A stretch of 35,402 bases of DNA from Coleofasciculaceae cyanobacterium (GTDB lineage: Bacteria > Cyanobacteriota > Cyanobacteriia > Elainellales > Elainellaceae). Where the stretch lies: positions 1-35,402 of the forward strand of contig DATNOY010000067.1 of the NCBI GenBank assembly GCA_036703495.1. The letters are read 5' to 3'. The position numbers and the translations under genes are program-made. The notes under the pieces are model-generated. The model had not been told where the DNA came from. It searched no databases and saw only the letters and a list, made by a program, of their open reading frames with translations. The first letter of the stretch is position 1. Each line of letters starts with the position of its first letter. This document shows, piece after piece, positions 17,178-25,111 of the stretch.

Positions 17178-18128
17178 ATGGACATCACTTTATTTTTACA
17201 ACAGTTCTTGAATGGACTATCCATTGGCAGCGTCTACGCTATTTTTGCTCTAGGCTATACGCTGGTCTTTTCAATTCTAGGCATCATTAATTTTGCCCAT
17301 GGGGCAATTTTTACGCTAGGGGCTTACTTCAGCTACGTCTTAACAGGCGGTGCTTTTGGCTTCAATGGATTGTTAGCAAATGTGTCTTTGCCTATTCATT
17401 TGCCTTTTTTTATTGCGCTCTTCTTAGGCAGCATTTTGGCAGGACTGTCCTCCGTGATTGTTGAGCGATTGGCATTTCGCCCGTTGCGTAAAAGAGGAGC
17501 CGACCCACTGCTGACGTTGGTTTCTAGCCTGGGAGCAGCTGTTGTCATCGTAAATGTGATTCAGTATCTAGTCGGAGCAGAAATCTATACCTTTCCTAGC
17601 GATACTTATGGCAACATGCCTGCATCCATTAACTTTGGTACTGCGGAAAGACCGATCGCCATTCGGACAGTTCAAATCGTGATTTTTGCAGTGTCTGCAG
17701 TGATTGTTGCTATTCTTACCTATTTGATTAACTTCACCCGATTTGGCAAAGCATTGAAGGCAGTTTCAGAAGATGCGACCACCGCAAGTTTATTAGGAAT
17801 CAATACAGAAAAATTTATTACGTTAACGTTTTTCTTGAGCGGTTTTTTAGGCGGCTTGGCCGGAACTTTAGTTGGGTCTAGCGTCAGCATTGCCGGGCCC
17901 TATTTTGGCATTGCTTTTGGACTCAAAGGATTGGGCGTGATTGTCTTAGGAGGCTTGGGTAATATTCCTGGCGCAGTTCTAGGAGGTCTGGTGATTGGTT
18001 TGGCGGAGGCCTTCGTCCCGGCTGACTACTCAGGTTATAAAGACGCGATCGCCTTTGCGTTACTCTTCATCATGCTGCTCGTTCGTCCTCAGGGACTGTT
18101 AGGACGATCGCTAATTCAAAAAGTTTAG
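17178..18128 (+). CDS. Branched-chain amino acid ABC transporter permease (LivH type)
   Basis: 316 aa, polytopic. N-terminal LQQFLNGLSIGSVYAIFALGYTLVFSILGIINFAHG is the canonical LivH-family start. Confidence 0.9.
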   Translation: MDITLFLQQFLNGLSIGSVYAIFALGYTLVFSILGIINFAHGAIFTLGAYFSYVLTGGAFGFNGLLANVSLPIHLPFFIALFLGSILAGLSSVIVERLAFRPLRKRGADPLLTLVSSLGAAVVIVNVIQYLVGAEIYTFPSDTYGNMPASINFGTAERPIAIRTVQIVIFAVSAVIVAILTYLINFTRFGKALKAVSEDATTASLLGINTEKFITLTFFLSGFLGGLAGTLVGSSVSIAGPYFGIAFGLKGLGVIVLGGLGNIPGAVLGGLVIGLAEAFVPADYSGYKDAIAFALLFIMLLVRPQGLLGRSLIQKV

Positions 18129-18151
18129 CCAGGCGGCTAGAACCTAAAGTT

Positions 18152-18190
18152 AGGGCAAAAATTCAGGGCAAAAATTCAGGGCAAAAGTTG
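18152..18190. repeat. 13-bp tandem repeat AGGGCAAAAATTC x3 (third copy has 2 mismatches), between the two permease genes
   Basis: 18152-18164 equals 18165-18177. 18178-18190 reads AGGGCAAAAGTTG. Confidence 0.9.
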
Positions 18191-18207
18191 GGTTAAAACC
18201 TCTAGCA

Positions 18208-19164
18208 ATGATCAACATGACCGCTTTTTTAGATACTTACGGCTTTCTCTTCGTCTCCATGTTGCTAGGTGCCCTGCTAGGTTTATCGGTCTATTTGCCC
18301 TTAATGGCAGGACAGCTCTCCCTCGCCTCACCCGGATTTTATGCCCTAGGCGGATATATTGCTGCTATTTTCTCTACCCAAGTCCTTCCAGCCACCGATG
18401 GCTCCTTTCCCCTACCTTGGCTGCTGTTAGAAATGCTGTTAGCTGCGATCGCCTCAGCGGTAGTAGCGATCGCTCTAGGGATTCCGGTCTTGCGGTTGCG
18501 CGGCATTTATCTGGCCATTGCAACGATCGCCTTTGTGGAAATCCTGCGAGTATTAGCACTGAATTTAGAGATTACGGGAGGAGCCGTCGGCATTTTTGGG
18601 ATTCCTCAGCCGTTCCAGTCTCAAATTGGCTACTTGTGGATCGTGGTGCCCCTGCTGGCGTCCAGTATGGTGTTTTTGCAGCGGCTAGAGTCTATGCATG
18701 TGGGGCGGGTGCTGCGCGCCATTCGAGAAGACGAGTTGGCGGCCGACACGATGGGAATTAATCCAACCTACTATAAGCTGCTGTCCTTTACGCTAGGCGC
18801 AGTATTGGCGGGCATGGTGGGTGCCATTAGCGCTCATTTCCTCAACACCTGGAATGCCCGTCAAGGCACGTTTGATGCCAGCATTGTCTATTTGGCATTT
18901 GTCCTCAGCGGCGGTTCCAGAACCTTCGTAGGCCCAATCGTCGGGGGGATGTCCTTGACGGCGCTGCCAGAAATGCTGCGTGCTTTATCCGGGATCAGCG
19001 GCTTACCCGTCTGGTTGGCTCAATTTTTTCAAGACGGCCGCCTGATCATCTTTGGACTGCTGATTGTCATGAGCACCATTTTCTACCCCCAAGGTATTGT
19101 GACGCCGGAGTTGCTGAACCGATTATCTAGGGGCAAAGGAAAAAAGCCGCAGCAGGTAAAATGA
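18208..19164 (+). CDS. Branched-chain amino acid ABC transporter permease (LivM type)
   Basis: 318 aa, polytopic. GQLSLASPGFYALGGYIAA and LRGIYLAIATIAFVEI are LivM-family motifs. Confidence 0.9.
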   Translation: MINMTAFLDTYGFLFVSMLLGALLGLSVYLPLMAGQLSLASPGFYALGGYIAAIFSTQVLPATDGSFPLPWLLLEMLLAAIASAVVAIALGIPVLRLRGIYLAIATIAFVEILRVLALNLEITGGAVGIFGIPQPFQSQIGYLWIVVPLLASSMVFLQRLESMHVGRVLRAIREDELAADTMGINPTYYKLLSFTLGAVLAGMVGAISAHFLNTWNARQGTFDASIVYLAFVLSGGSRTFVGPIVGGMSLTALPEMLRALSGISGLPVWLAQFFQDGRLIIFGLLIVMSTIFYPQGIVTPELLNRLSRGKGKKPQQVK

Positions 19165-19338
19165 TCCGTAAAGATCGCCGTGATTTTCAATAATTTTCAA
19201 TCGCCTAAATCTTAATTATTTTTTAGAAACCTGGCTCCACAAGGCTTCTAAAAAATCATAGACACTTAACGCAGCGCAAAACACTGTAGATATTTTTCAA
19301 GCTAAGCTAAAGCTAGATTCAACGAGTTGGGTACTCTA

Positions 19339-19366
19339 CGTTTATCAATGTTCGTTTATCAATGTT
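19339..19366. repeat. Perfect 14-bp tandem duplication CGTTTATCAATGTT x2
   Basis: 19339-19352 equals 19353-19366. Confidence 0.9.
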
Positions 19367-19710
19367 GTCGAATTTGACAGTTCTCAGCATGACATAGGCA
19401 GTAATAAAGAGGAGTACAAAATCATTTAACTTGCCTCCGCCATCGTTCTGCCATGTGAAGCCAAGACCAAGGTTAGCAAACATTAGCCCGCTTGCCAGTC
19501 CATAAATTCTCGGTGTGGTGTTAAGGGATACCTCCCTTCTTGTTTATCCCGGATAACAAGAGGAGAGAAGCGAAAAGTGAAATGCAGGATATTAATGAAG
19601 TCGCGATCGCCCAATTTGTTCCATCAGTTGCTCTCAATTGCTTGAGATAGAACTGCCTAGCTTCGTTGCCCTAGCTTCGTTACAGTAGCCACTAAGTCGT
19701 AAGTCATCGT

Positions 19711-21186
19711 ATGAAGATCAAGTTTCTCCGTCTCGCCTCATCGGGATTCGCTGCTGTAGGCACCGCAGTGGGTCTTAACATCCTCAATGCAGCTTCTCCC
19801 GTTGAGCTGCTCAATCTCGCACAGTTGGGTCAACATAATCCGCAGCAAGCTTTGGCTCAAGACGCTGAGGATAGCGTTAATGTCCATGTCTACCAGGTGG
19901 CTAGTCCGGGGGTGGTCTCGATCGCGGCTGGCAATGGTACAGGCAGCGGCAGCATTATTACGCCAGATGGCTTGATCTTAACCAATGCTCATGTGGTGTC
20001 TGGATCAGAAACAGTGAAAGTCACATTGGCCGATCGGAGAACATTTGATGCTGATGTAATTGCCTTTGGCGAAGCAGGACTTGATTTAGCGGCTGTCAAA
20101 ATTCGCGGTCAAAATAATTTGCCTACGGTGCCGCTGGCAGCAGCAGGTGCTGCTCAGGTGGGCCAGCGGGCATTTGCGATTGGTAACCCGTTTGGGCAGT
20201 TCCAGGGCACATTTACAACCGGTATCATTAGCCGCATTGACCCGGATCGGGGCTTGCTGCAAACGGATGCGGCTATTAATCCTGGCAATTCTGGTGGGCC
20301 TTTGCTCAACAGCCAGGGCGAACTGGTGGGTGTGAATAGCGCTATCTTTTCGCCAGGAGCAGACTCAGGCAATATCGGCATTGGCTTTGCCATTTCTATC
20401 GATCGCGTTCAGCCGTTTTTAGTGGCGGTTCGGGAAGGCCGAGCTCCTCGGGTGGCACAACAGTCTCCTATGCTAGGGGGCGGTAAAAAAGCTGAGCAGA
20501 TTGCATTAGATAGCGCGGTAGAAGGCAAGCTCGATCGGACAAGCGGGGTGTTACCGTCGGACAGCAGCTATTTTAATGCCTACACGTTTGATGGCAAGGC
20601 CGGGCAGAGGGTTGTGATTGAAATGAGCAGTAGTGAGCTTGATTCTTACCTGATTCTGCTATCGTCAGACGGTACAGACATTGCTCAAGATGACGACAGT
20701 GGCGGCGGTCATAACTCTAAGGTAGAAGTTTCTTTACCCGCCGATGGAACGTACACCATCCTGGCAAACTCGCGCGGCACGGGTGAGATGGGTAGCTACA
20801 ATCTTCGGGTCGCTGCGGCTAGCGCAACTCCACAGCAACAAGGGCGAGCCTTGGGGCAACAGCAAGGCAGAGCTTTGCTACAAGAGCAAGGAACTTTAGG
20901 CCCCGGTTCTCCCGTATTGCAATCTGACGGCAGTTTCTACCGGGAGTATAGCTTCCAAGGCAATGCAGGGCAGACGGTCACTGCTTCTCTGGAAAGCCCA
21001 GATTTTGACACCTACTTGGTGATCCTGGACGCCAATGGACAGCCTTTAGGGCAAAACGATGATGTTTCGCAGAACAACACGAACTCATCGCTGACCGTTA
21101 GATTGCCTGCAGCAGGTACCTATCGGGTGATTGCCAATGCCTACGATCGCAATGGGCAAGGCAGATATACCTTAACAGTGCGCTAG
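19711..21186 (+). CDS. Secreted trypsin-like serine protease (S1C/HtrA-like catalytic domain) with two C-terminal pre-peptidase (PPC)-type domains instead of PDZ
   Basis: 491 aa with a signal-like N-terminus. Catalytic triad contexts are TNAHVV, DLAAVKI and GNSGGPL. Two ~95-aa paralogous modules follow (SYFNAYTFDGKAGQRVVIEMSS..DSYLILLS..DDD..GTYTILAN and FYREYSFQGNAGQTVTASLES..DTYLVILD..NDD..GTYRVIAN). They are joined by a QQQGRALGQQQGRAL linker. Confidence 0.85.
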   Translation: MKIKFLRLASSGFAAVGTAVGLNILNAASPVELLNLAQLGQHNPQQALAQDAEDSVNVHVYQVASPGVVSIAAGNGTGSGSIITPDGLILTNAHVVSGSETVKVTLADRRTFDADVIAFGEAGLDLAAVKIRGQNNLPTVPLAAAGAAQVGQRAFAIGNPFGQFQGTFTTGIISRIDPDRGLLQTDAAINPGNSGGPLLNSQGELVGVNSAIFSPGADSGNIGIGFAISIDRVQPFLVAVREGRAPRVAQQSPMLGGGKKAEQIALDSAVEGKLDRTSGVLPSDSSYFNAYTFDGKAGQRVVIEMSSSELDSYLILLSSDGTDIAQDDDSGGGHNSKVEVSLPADGTYTILANSRGTGEMGSYNLRVAAASATPQQQGRALGQQQGRALLQEQGTLGPGSPVLQSDGSFYREYSFQGNAGQTVTASLESPDFDTYLVILDANGQPLGQNDDVSQNNTNSSLTVRLPAAGTYRVIANAYDRNGQGRYTLTVR

Positions 21187-21203
21187 TCTTAACAGTGCGC
21201 TAG
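21171..21203. repeat. 17-bp-period tandem duplication that includes the last codons and stop codon of the protease gene
   Basis: CTTAACAGTGCGCTAG at 21171-21186 (stop TAG at 21184-21186) is repeated exactly at 21188-21203. Confidence 0.9.
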
Positions 21204-21227
21204 AAAGCGTAATACGCTAGAAACCCT

Positions 21228-21257
21228 GAAAGGAGCTTGCGGTGCCAGGCTCCTTTC
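21228..21257 (+). terminator. Probable terminator hairpin after the protease gene
   Basis: GAAAGGAGCTTG / CAGGCTCCTTTC forms a 12-bp stem with one G-U pair and a 6-nt loop. It is followed by a pyrimidine-rich TCCTT, which is not a clean T tract. Confidence 0.5.
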
Positions 21258-21335
21258 TCCTTGCCCTTAAGCTATAGCTGTAGCCAGTCAAGTAAGGGCA
21301 GGTGCATCGCTACATACATATACACATAGAAAGCA

Positions 21336-21363
21336 ATAGAGATGCAAAGGTTTGCATCTCTAT
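21336..21363. repeat. 13-bp inverted repeat hairpin ATAGAGATGCAAA-GG-TTTGCATCTCTAT, member of hairpin family 2
   Basis: 21336-21348 is the reverse complement of 21351-21363. The arm resembles the arm of the 17074-17105 palindrome. Confidence 0.8.
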
Positions 21364-21600
21364 ACTTGTGCAGCGCAATTTCAATTTTTAGGTCAGACTT
21401 TCCGATGAATCATGAAGTACCTTGAAGCAAATAGGCTGGCTACAGGTTCATCCAGAAAAATGACTTGCTAAACGTTGTTCAATTGAAGCATTGCGGCAGC
21501 TGTCGAATTATTGCTAGATGTCTTTTAGCTGGGTTGTCGTAGCTGATGCTTCAGCTAAATCTTGCGAATCTTGAGCGCCGTAGTCTTACTTGAACAATTT

Positions 21601-21756
21601 CTAGCCAATATATTGCGCTTCAGCCTCTAGCTGACGAATCAAAGCTTCATCCCCCTTAGCACGAGCAGCTTCCAGACGGCGCTGCAGATTTTTGCGTAGG
21701 GTTTCACGATGAGCTTGTGCGGCTTGTGTCATGACTTGCTGACGATTTTTGTCCAT
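21601..21756 (-). CDS. pirA: 51-aa small protein resembling PirA (PII-interacting regulator of arginine synthesis). The supplied 71-aa ORF is probably over-extended.
   Basis: MDKNRQQVMTQAAQAHRETLRKNLQRRLEAARAKGDEALIRQLEAEAQYIG. AAGGA lies 8 nt upstream of the ATG at 21756. Size (51 aa), the Arg-rich helix and the LIRQLEAEA tail match my recollection of the PirA family. A perfect NtcA box lies 100 nt upstream. Identity was not verified by search. Confidence 0.55.
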   Translation of the reverse strand: MDKNRQQVMTQAAQAHRETLRKNLQRRLEAARAKGDEALIRQLEAEAQYIG

Positions 21757-21855
21757 AGTGAACATCCTTTTCAAAAGTTGTATGCTTAATCTCCAAGCTC
21801 CAGAATAACATATCAAGTCAATCAGTAGCTTAGGATACGAAAATTTAACAAAAAA

Positions 21856-21871
21856 TGTATCTTAAAGTACA
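21856..21871. promoter_or_regulatory. Perfect NtcA-type binding site TGTA-N8-TACA upstream of the PirA-like gene
   Basis: TGTATCTTAAAGTACA at 21856-21871. On the minus strand, TAnnnT candidates TATCCT (21837-21832) and TAAGCT (21833-21828) lie 19 and 23 nt downstream of the GTA-N8-TAC core. Confidence 0.6.
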
Positions 21872-22198
21872 TAATTGCCAAAATTGCCAAGCTGCGCTTA
21901 ACACTAGACCACCGATAGATCAATCAAGTTTCTTAGCTCAGCAGTTTTCTACGAGATGCCATAACAGGCAGCCCGGTCTTGCCAGCCTCGATCGCGGCTC
22001 CAATGCCTATTTTCAAGGGAGCGAGGGACAGACCACTGTTCGAAAGCTCTGCGGAGCAAAGCTTCCAAACAATAATCTGGTTTTAGTCGAGTACGAAGCG
22101 CTATTTGGGGATGGAATAACCAGGGAAGCAGTAACGCCATGGGCTGCTGCTATTCCCGATTCCCCATACCCATTGACCTAATATTTCCCTCTACCCTC

Positions 22199-22390
22199 TT
22201 AGCGAACTCCAAGCCAAGTAAAAAAATCTTGATGAGTTAGCACTTCCAGCAGAATTAGCGCCACAAAGCCAACCATTGCAAAACGACCATTGATTAACTC
22301 GGCATATGAATTCCAGCCAAATTTCGGTTCCGGTTGGGGGGTAGGAGCTTCAGGTTGAGGAGAGGGAAGTTGTTCAGAACTCATCGCCAT
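22199..22390 (-). CDS. hli: High-light-inducible protein (Hli/Scp, one-helix CAB family)
   Basis: 63 aa. FGWNSYAELINGRFAMVGFVALILLEVLT is the canonical chlorophyll-binding helix motif (E-x-x-N-G-R-x-A-M). Confidence 0.9.
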   Translation of the reverse strand: MAMSSEQLPSPQPEAPTPQPEPKFGWNSYAELINGRFAMVGFVALILLEVLTHQDFFTWLGVR

Positions 22391-22628
22391 CTGTATGCCT
22401 AGTCAACGTTTGTCGGGATAGAAGCGAAACTTTGTCATGCTACCACCCCTCACCACCCAGAAACCGTTTCCTGGAAAAAAGGATTGGCAGTCAGCCACGA
22501 AATTGCCTTCAGGCTGGTCTCCCCCGGCTACAGCCAAAAGAAGCGGTGTTCGTTAGGATCGAAGCAGCCTTCATCAAAACTTGATCCAGCTGATTCAGGG
22601 TTAAAGTTCCTCTTCCTCTAATAGTGCA

Positions 22629-25058
22629 ATGATATCAACCGATTTAGAGCCGTCCGTACCGCGATCGCGAGAACAAATTCTCCAGGATTTGCGGGCAGGC
22701 TTGCGCCCAGGACAGCAGCGCATGGCAGATTGGCAAGGGGGATCTTTGGCTGTGTCTGCTGTACCTGGATCAGGAAAATCGACGGGAATGGCGATCGCGG
22801 CTGCCCTATTTTTGGCAAAGCGATATTTAGGGCAGCTCCAAAATGCTGACTCAGCTGCCGACACTGCCGCATCCCTGCCTGCAGGACAGCTGATCTTAGT
22901 GACCTTTACACGCTCTGCCGTAGCCAACCTTAAAGGCAAAGTTCGCAAGTACCTGCGGGAGTTGGCGCTGGCACCTCAGGGATTTGCCGTTTCTACCCTG
23001 CATGGATTGGCGCTCAACATTGCCACGCGTCACCCTACCCTATCCGGCTTGAACTTGAACCAGATGACCTTGGTGTCTCCGACCCAAGGCAGTCGGTTGA
23101 TTCGCACTTGTGTCGAGCAATGGATTTCAGCCCATCCCCAGACCTATCAGCACTTGATTGAAGGGCAGCAGTTTGACGGAGAAGAAACAGAGCGGCTACG
23201 GCGGCAGTCGGTCTTGAGAACTGAGGTTTTACCTGACTTAGCCTTTACCGTGATTCATGAGGCAAAAAGCTCTGGATTACTGCCAGAAGATTTACGCAAA
23301 TTAAGCGGAAATGAAACCCGCCGCCACTCAATTGCAGGGGTAGATTACGACGTGCTGGCGATCGCGGCAGGGCTGTATGAGCGTTATCAAACATTGCTGC
23401 GATCGCGAAATTTCATTGACTACGACGACATGATCTTAGCGGCGTTGCGGGTGCTAGAAGACGAAACTACTCGTCAAATCTGGCAGTCTCAAGTTTGTGC
23501 CGTCTTCGAAGATGAAGCTCAGGACTCCTCCCCTCTGCAAACCCGGCTGCTGCAACTTCTGGCGGCCGATCCCATCGATCCCAACCAATCGTTGAACTTA
23601 ATTCGGGTCGGCGACCCCAACCAGGCGATCAACTCTACGTTTACACCCGCCGATCCCTCCTTTTTTCGAGATTTTTGTGCCGAGTGCGATCGTCAAGGCA
23701 ACCTGGCAGAGATGGATCAGGCAGGACGCAGCAGCCCAATTATTCTAGAAGCGGCTAATTTTTTGGTGGATTGGGTGAACCAACGATACGGCAGCGGCAA
23801 GGACACCGAGGCTGGGAACAGCCACACTCTCGCCAGCATCTCTGCCTCCGAAACCCCGTTTCGTCGCCAATACATCCATCCTGTTCCCCCTAATGATCCT
23901 CAGCCCGATGCTAATCCGGCACCAGAAGGGATTGGCTTAGAGATCCGGTTTCCGCCCGATGTCCATCAGACGGTCAATTTAATCGGGTTGCGAGTCGCAG
24001 AACTGCTGAGCCGCTATCCAGAGGCACGGGCAGCTGTGCTGGTGCGAGAAAATCGGCAGGGGCGATTCATTGCCGAACGGCTGCAAAATCCGGGGCTGTA
24101 TGGCATCGACGTGGATTTGCAACAACAGGGAATTGAAATTTATGACGTGGGAGAGCGCGATCGCCATTCCCACATCCCAGCCGAGCTTCTGGCTTTGCTA
24201 CAGTTCCTCGATCGCCCTCACTCCGGGGATAATTTGAAAGCAGCCCTGCAAACGCTAGTCGATCGCCAGCTAATTCCGACTCAAGATTTGAATGCATTGG
24301 TGGTGTTGCCGGAGCAGTTTCTCTACCCCAACCCGTTAGATCCGCCGCAGCCAGAAGCCGTCCTGCAGGCACGACGCTATTGCACTGGCATCCTGCGGGC
24401 TCGCCTGGAACTGCCCCAATATCAGCTGATTCCCTTTTTGGCGATGACTTTGCAATATGAGCAATCCGAGCTGGCAACTACCGACAAGCTAGCGGCTAGA
24501 CTGGCGCAGCAGACGGCAGGCAATCCTTCTATGGCAGCCCTGTTAGAAGCGCTGGAAGAGATTGTGCGATCGGAACGATTTGAACCTGTGGAAACCGATG
24601 ATCCAGAACAGCGCTACATTCGCCCCAAGCAGCTCACCCTGATCACCATGCACAAAGCCAAAGGACTGGACTGGGATTTTGTATTTATCCCGTTTTTGCA
24701 CGAGCATATAATTCCAGGCAGTTTGCGGGTGATGCCGCAGACCAAGTTTTTGGGAGACTTGACGCTGTCGGAAGTGGCACGGGCGCAAATCCGGGCTCAT
24801 ATTCATGCAGAACATGCAACCGCTTCCTTGCCCGATATTCCAACTGCCTGGGAACGGGCAAAATGGTTGAAGCTGGCTGAAGAGTATCGGCTGCTGTATG
24901 TGGCTATGACCCGTGCTAAACGACTGCTGTGGATGTCGGCTGCCTACAAAGCCCCCTTTGTCTGGAGCAATCCAGATCAGGTGGAGAATCGATCGCCCTG
25001 TCCTGTTTTGCCTGCTCTGGTCAAGCAATTTCCGCAGGCCATCAGAAAAAAGGGATAA
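22629..25058 (+). CDS. UvrD/REP-type superfamily-1 ATP-dependent DNA helicase
   Basis: 809 aa. Walker A (AVPGSGKST), motif II (VFEDEAQDSSP), motif V/VI contexts (LITMHKAKGLDWDFVFIP, LLYVAMTRAKRLLWMS). Confidence 0.9.
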   Translation: MISTDLEPSVPRSREQILQDLRAGLRPGQQRMADWQGGSLAVSAVPGSGKSTGMAIAAALFLAKRYLGQLQNADSAADTAASLPAGQLILVTFTRSAVANLKGKVRKYLRELALAPQGFAVSTLHGLALNIATRHPTLSGLNLNQMTLVSPTQGSRLIRTCVEQWISAHPQTYQHLIEGQQFDGEETERLRRQSVLRTEVLPDLAFTVIHEAKSSGLLPEDLRKLSGNETRRHSIAGVDYDVLAIAAGLYERYQTLLRSRNFIDYDDMILAALRVLEDETTRQIWQSQVCAVFEDEAQDSSPLQTRLLQLLAADPIDPNQSLNLIRVGDPNQAINSTFTPADPSFFRDFCAECDRQGNLAEMDQAGRSSPIILEAANFLVDWVNQRYGSGKDTEAGNSHTLASISASETPFRRQYIHPVPPNDPQPDANPAPEGIGLEIRFPPDVHQTVNLIGLRVAELLSRYPEARAAVLVRENRQGRFIAERLQNPGLYGIDVDLQQQGIEIYDVGERDRHSHIPAELLALLQFLDRPHSGDNLKAALQTLVDRQLIPTQDLNALVVLPEQFLYPNPLDPPQPEAVLQARRYCTGILRARLELPQYQLIPFLAMTLQYEQSELATTDKLAARLAQQTAGNPSMAALLEALEEIVRSERFEPVETDDPEQRYIRPKQLTLITMHKAKGLDWDFVFIPFLHEHIIPGSLRVMPQTKFLGDLTLSEVARAQIRAHIHAEHATASLPDIPTAWERAKWLKLAEEYRLLYVAMTRAKRLLWMSAAYKAPFVWSNPDQVENRSPCPVLPALVKQFPQAIRKKG

Positions 25059-25111
25059 AGCAATTTTTGCTCTACAAATTATGAGACCTTAAGGATGGCT
25101 CAATCTAGGGT

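Noticed and set aside
18152-18190. Short direct repeats here and elsewhere (3146-3180, 35031-35085) considered as a CRISPR array
   Set aside because: The repeats are strictly head-to-tail with no spacers, are only 11-16 bp long and have at most 3-4 copies. No cas genes are present.
19319-19483. 54-codon minus-strand ORF (MFANLGLGFTWQNDGGGKLNDFVLLFITAY...) in the gap upstream of the protease gene
   Set aside because: It has no convincing Shine-Dalgarno. The perfect 14-bp tandem duplication at 19339-19366, which is not a multiple of 3, lies inside it. The present frame would therefore be the product of a frameshifting event. At best it is a decayed remnant.
22123-22157. Possible terminator hairpin downstream of hli (GGGAAGCAG ... 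CTGCTATTCCC)
   Set aside because: The stem needs a bulge and no clear U tract follows. It is too weak to call.
21855-22181. 108-aa plus-strand ORF between the PirA-like gene and hli
   Set aside because: Its ATG lies inside the NtcA palindrome and has no Shine-Dalgarno. The composition is unremarkable and no motif is recognisable. The region more plausibly holds the hli 3' region and the pirA promoter.
22391-22470. HLR1 (RpaB) direct-repeat site upstream of hli
   Set aside because: Two GACAAA hexamers are present but 22 nt apart, not the 8-N2-8 arrangement of HLR1. The sequence also departs from (G/T)TTACA.
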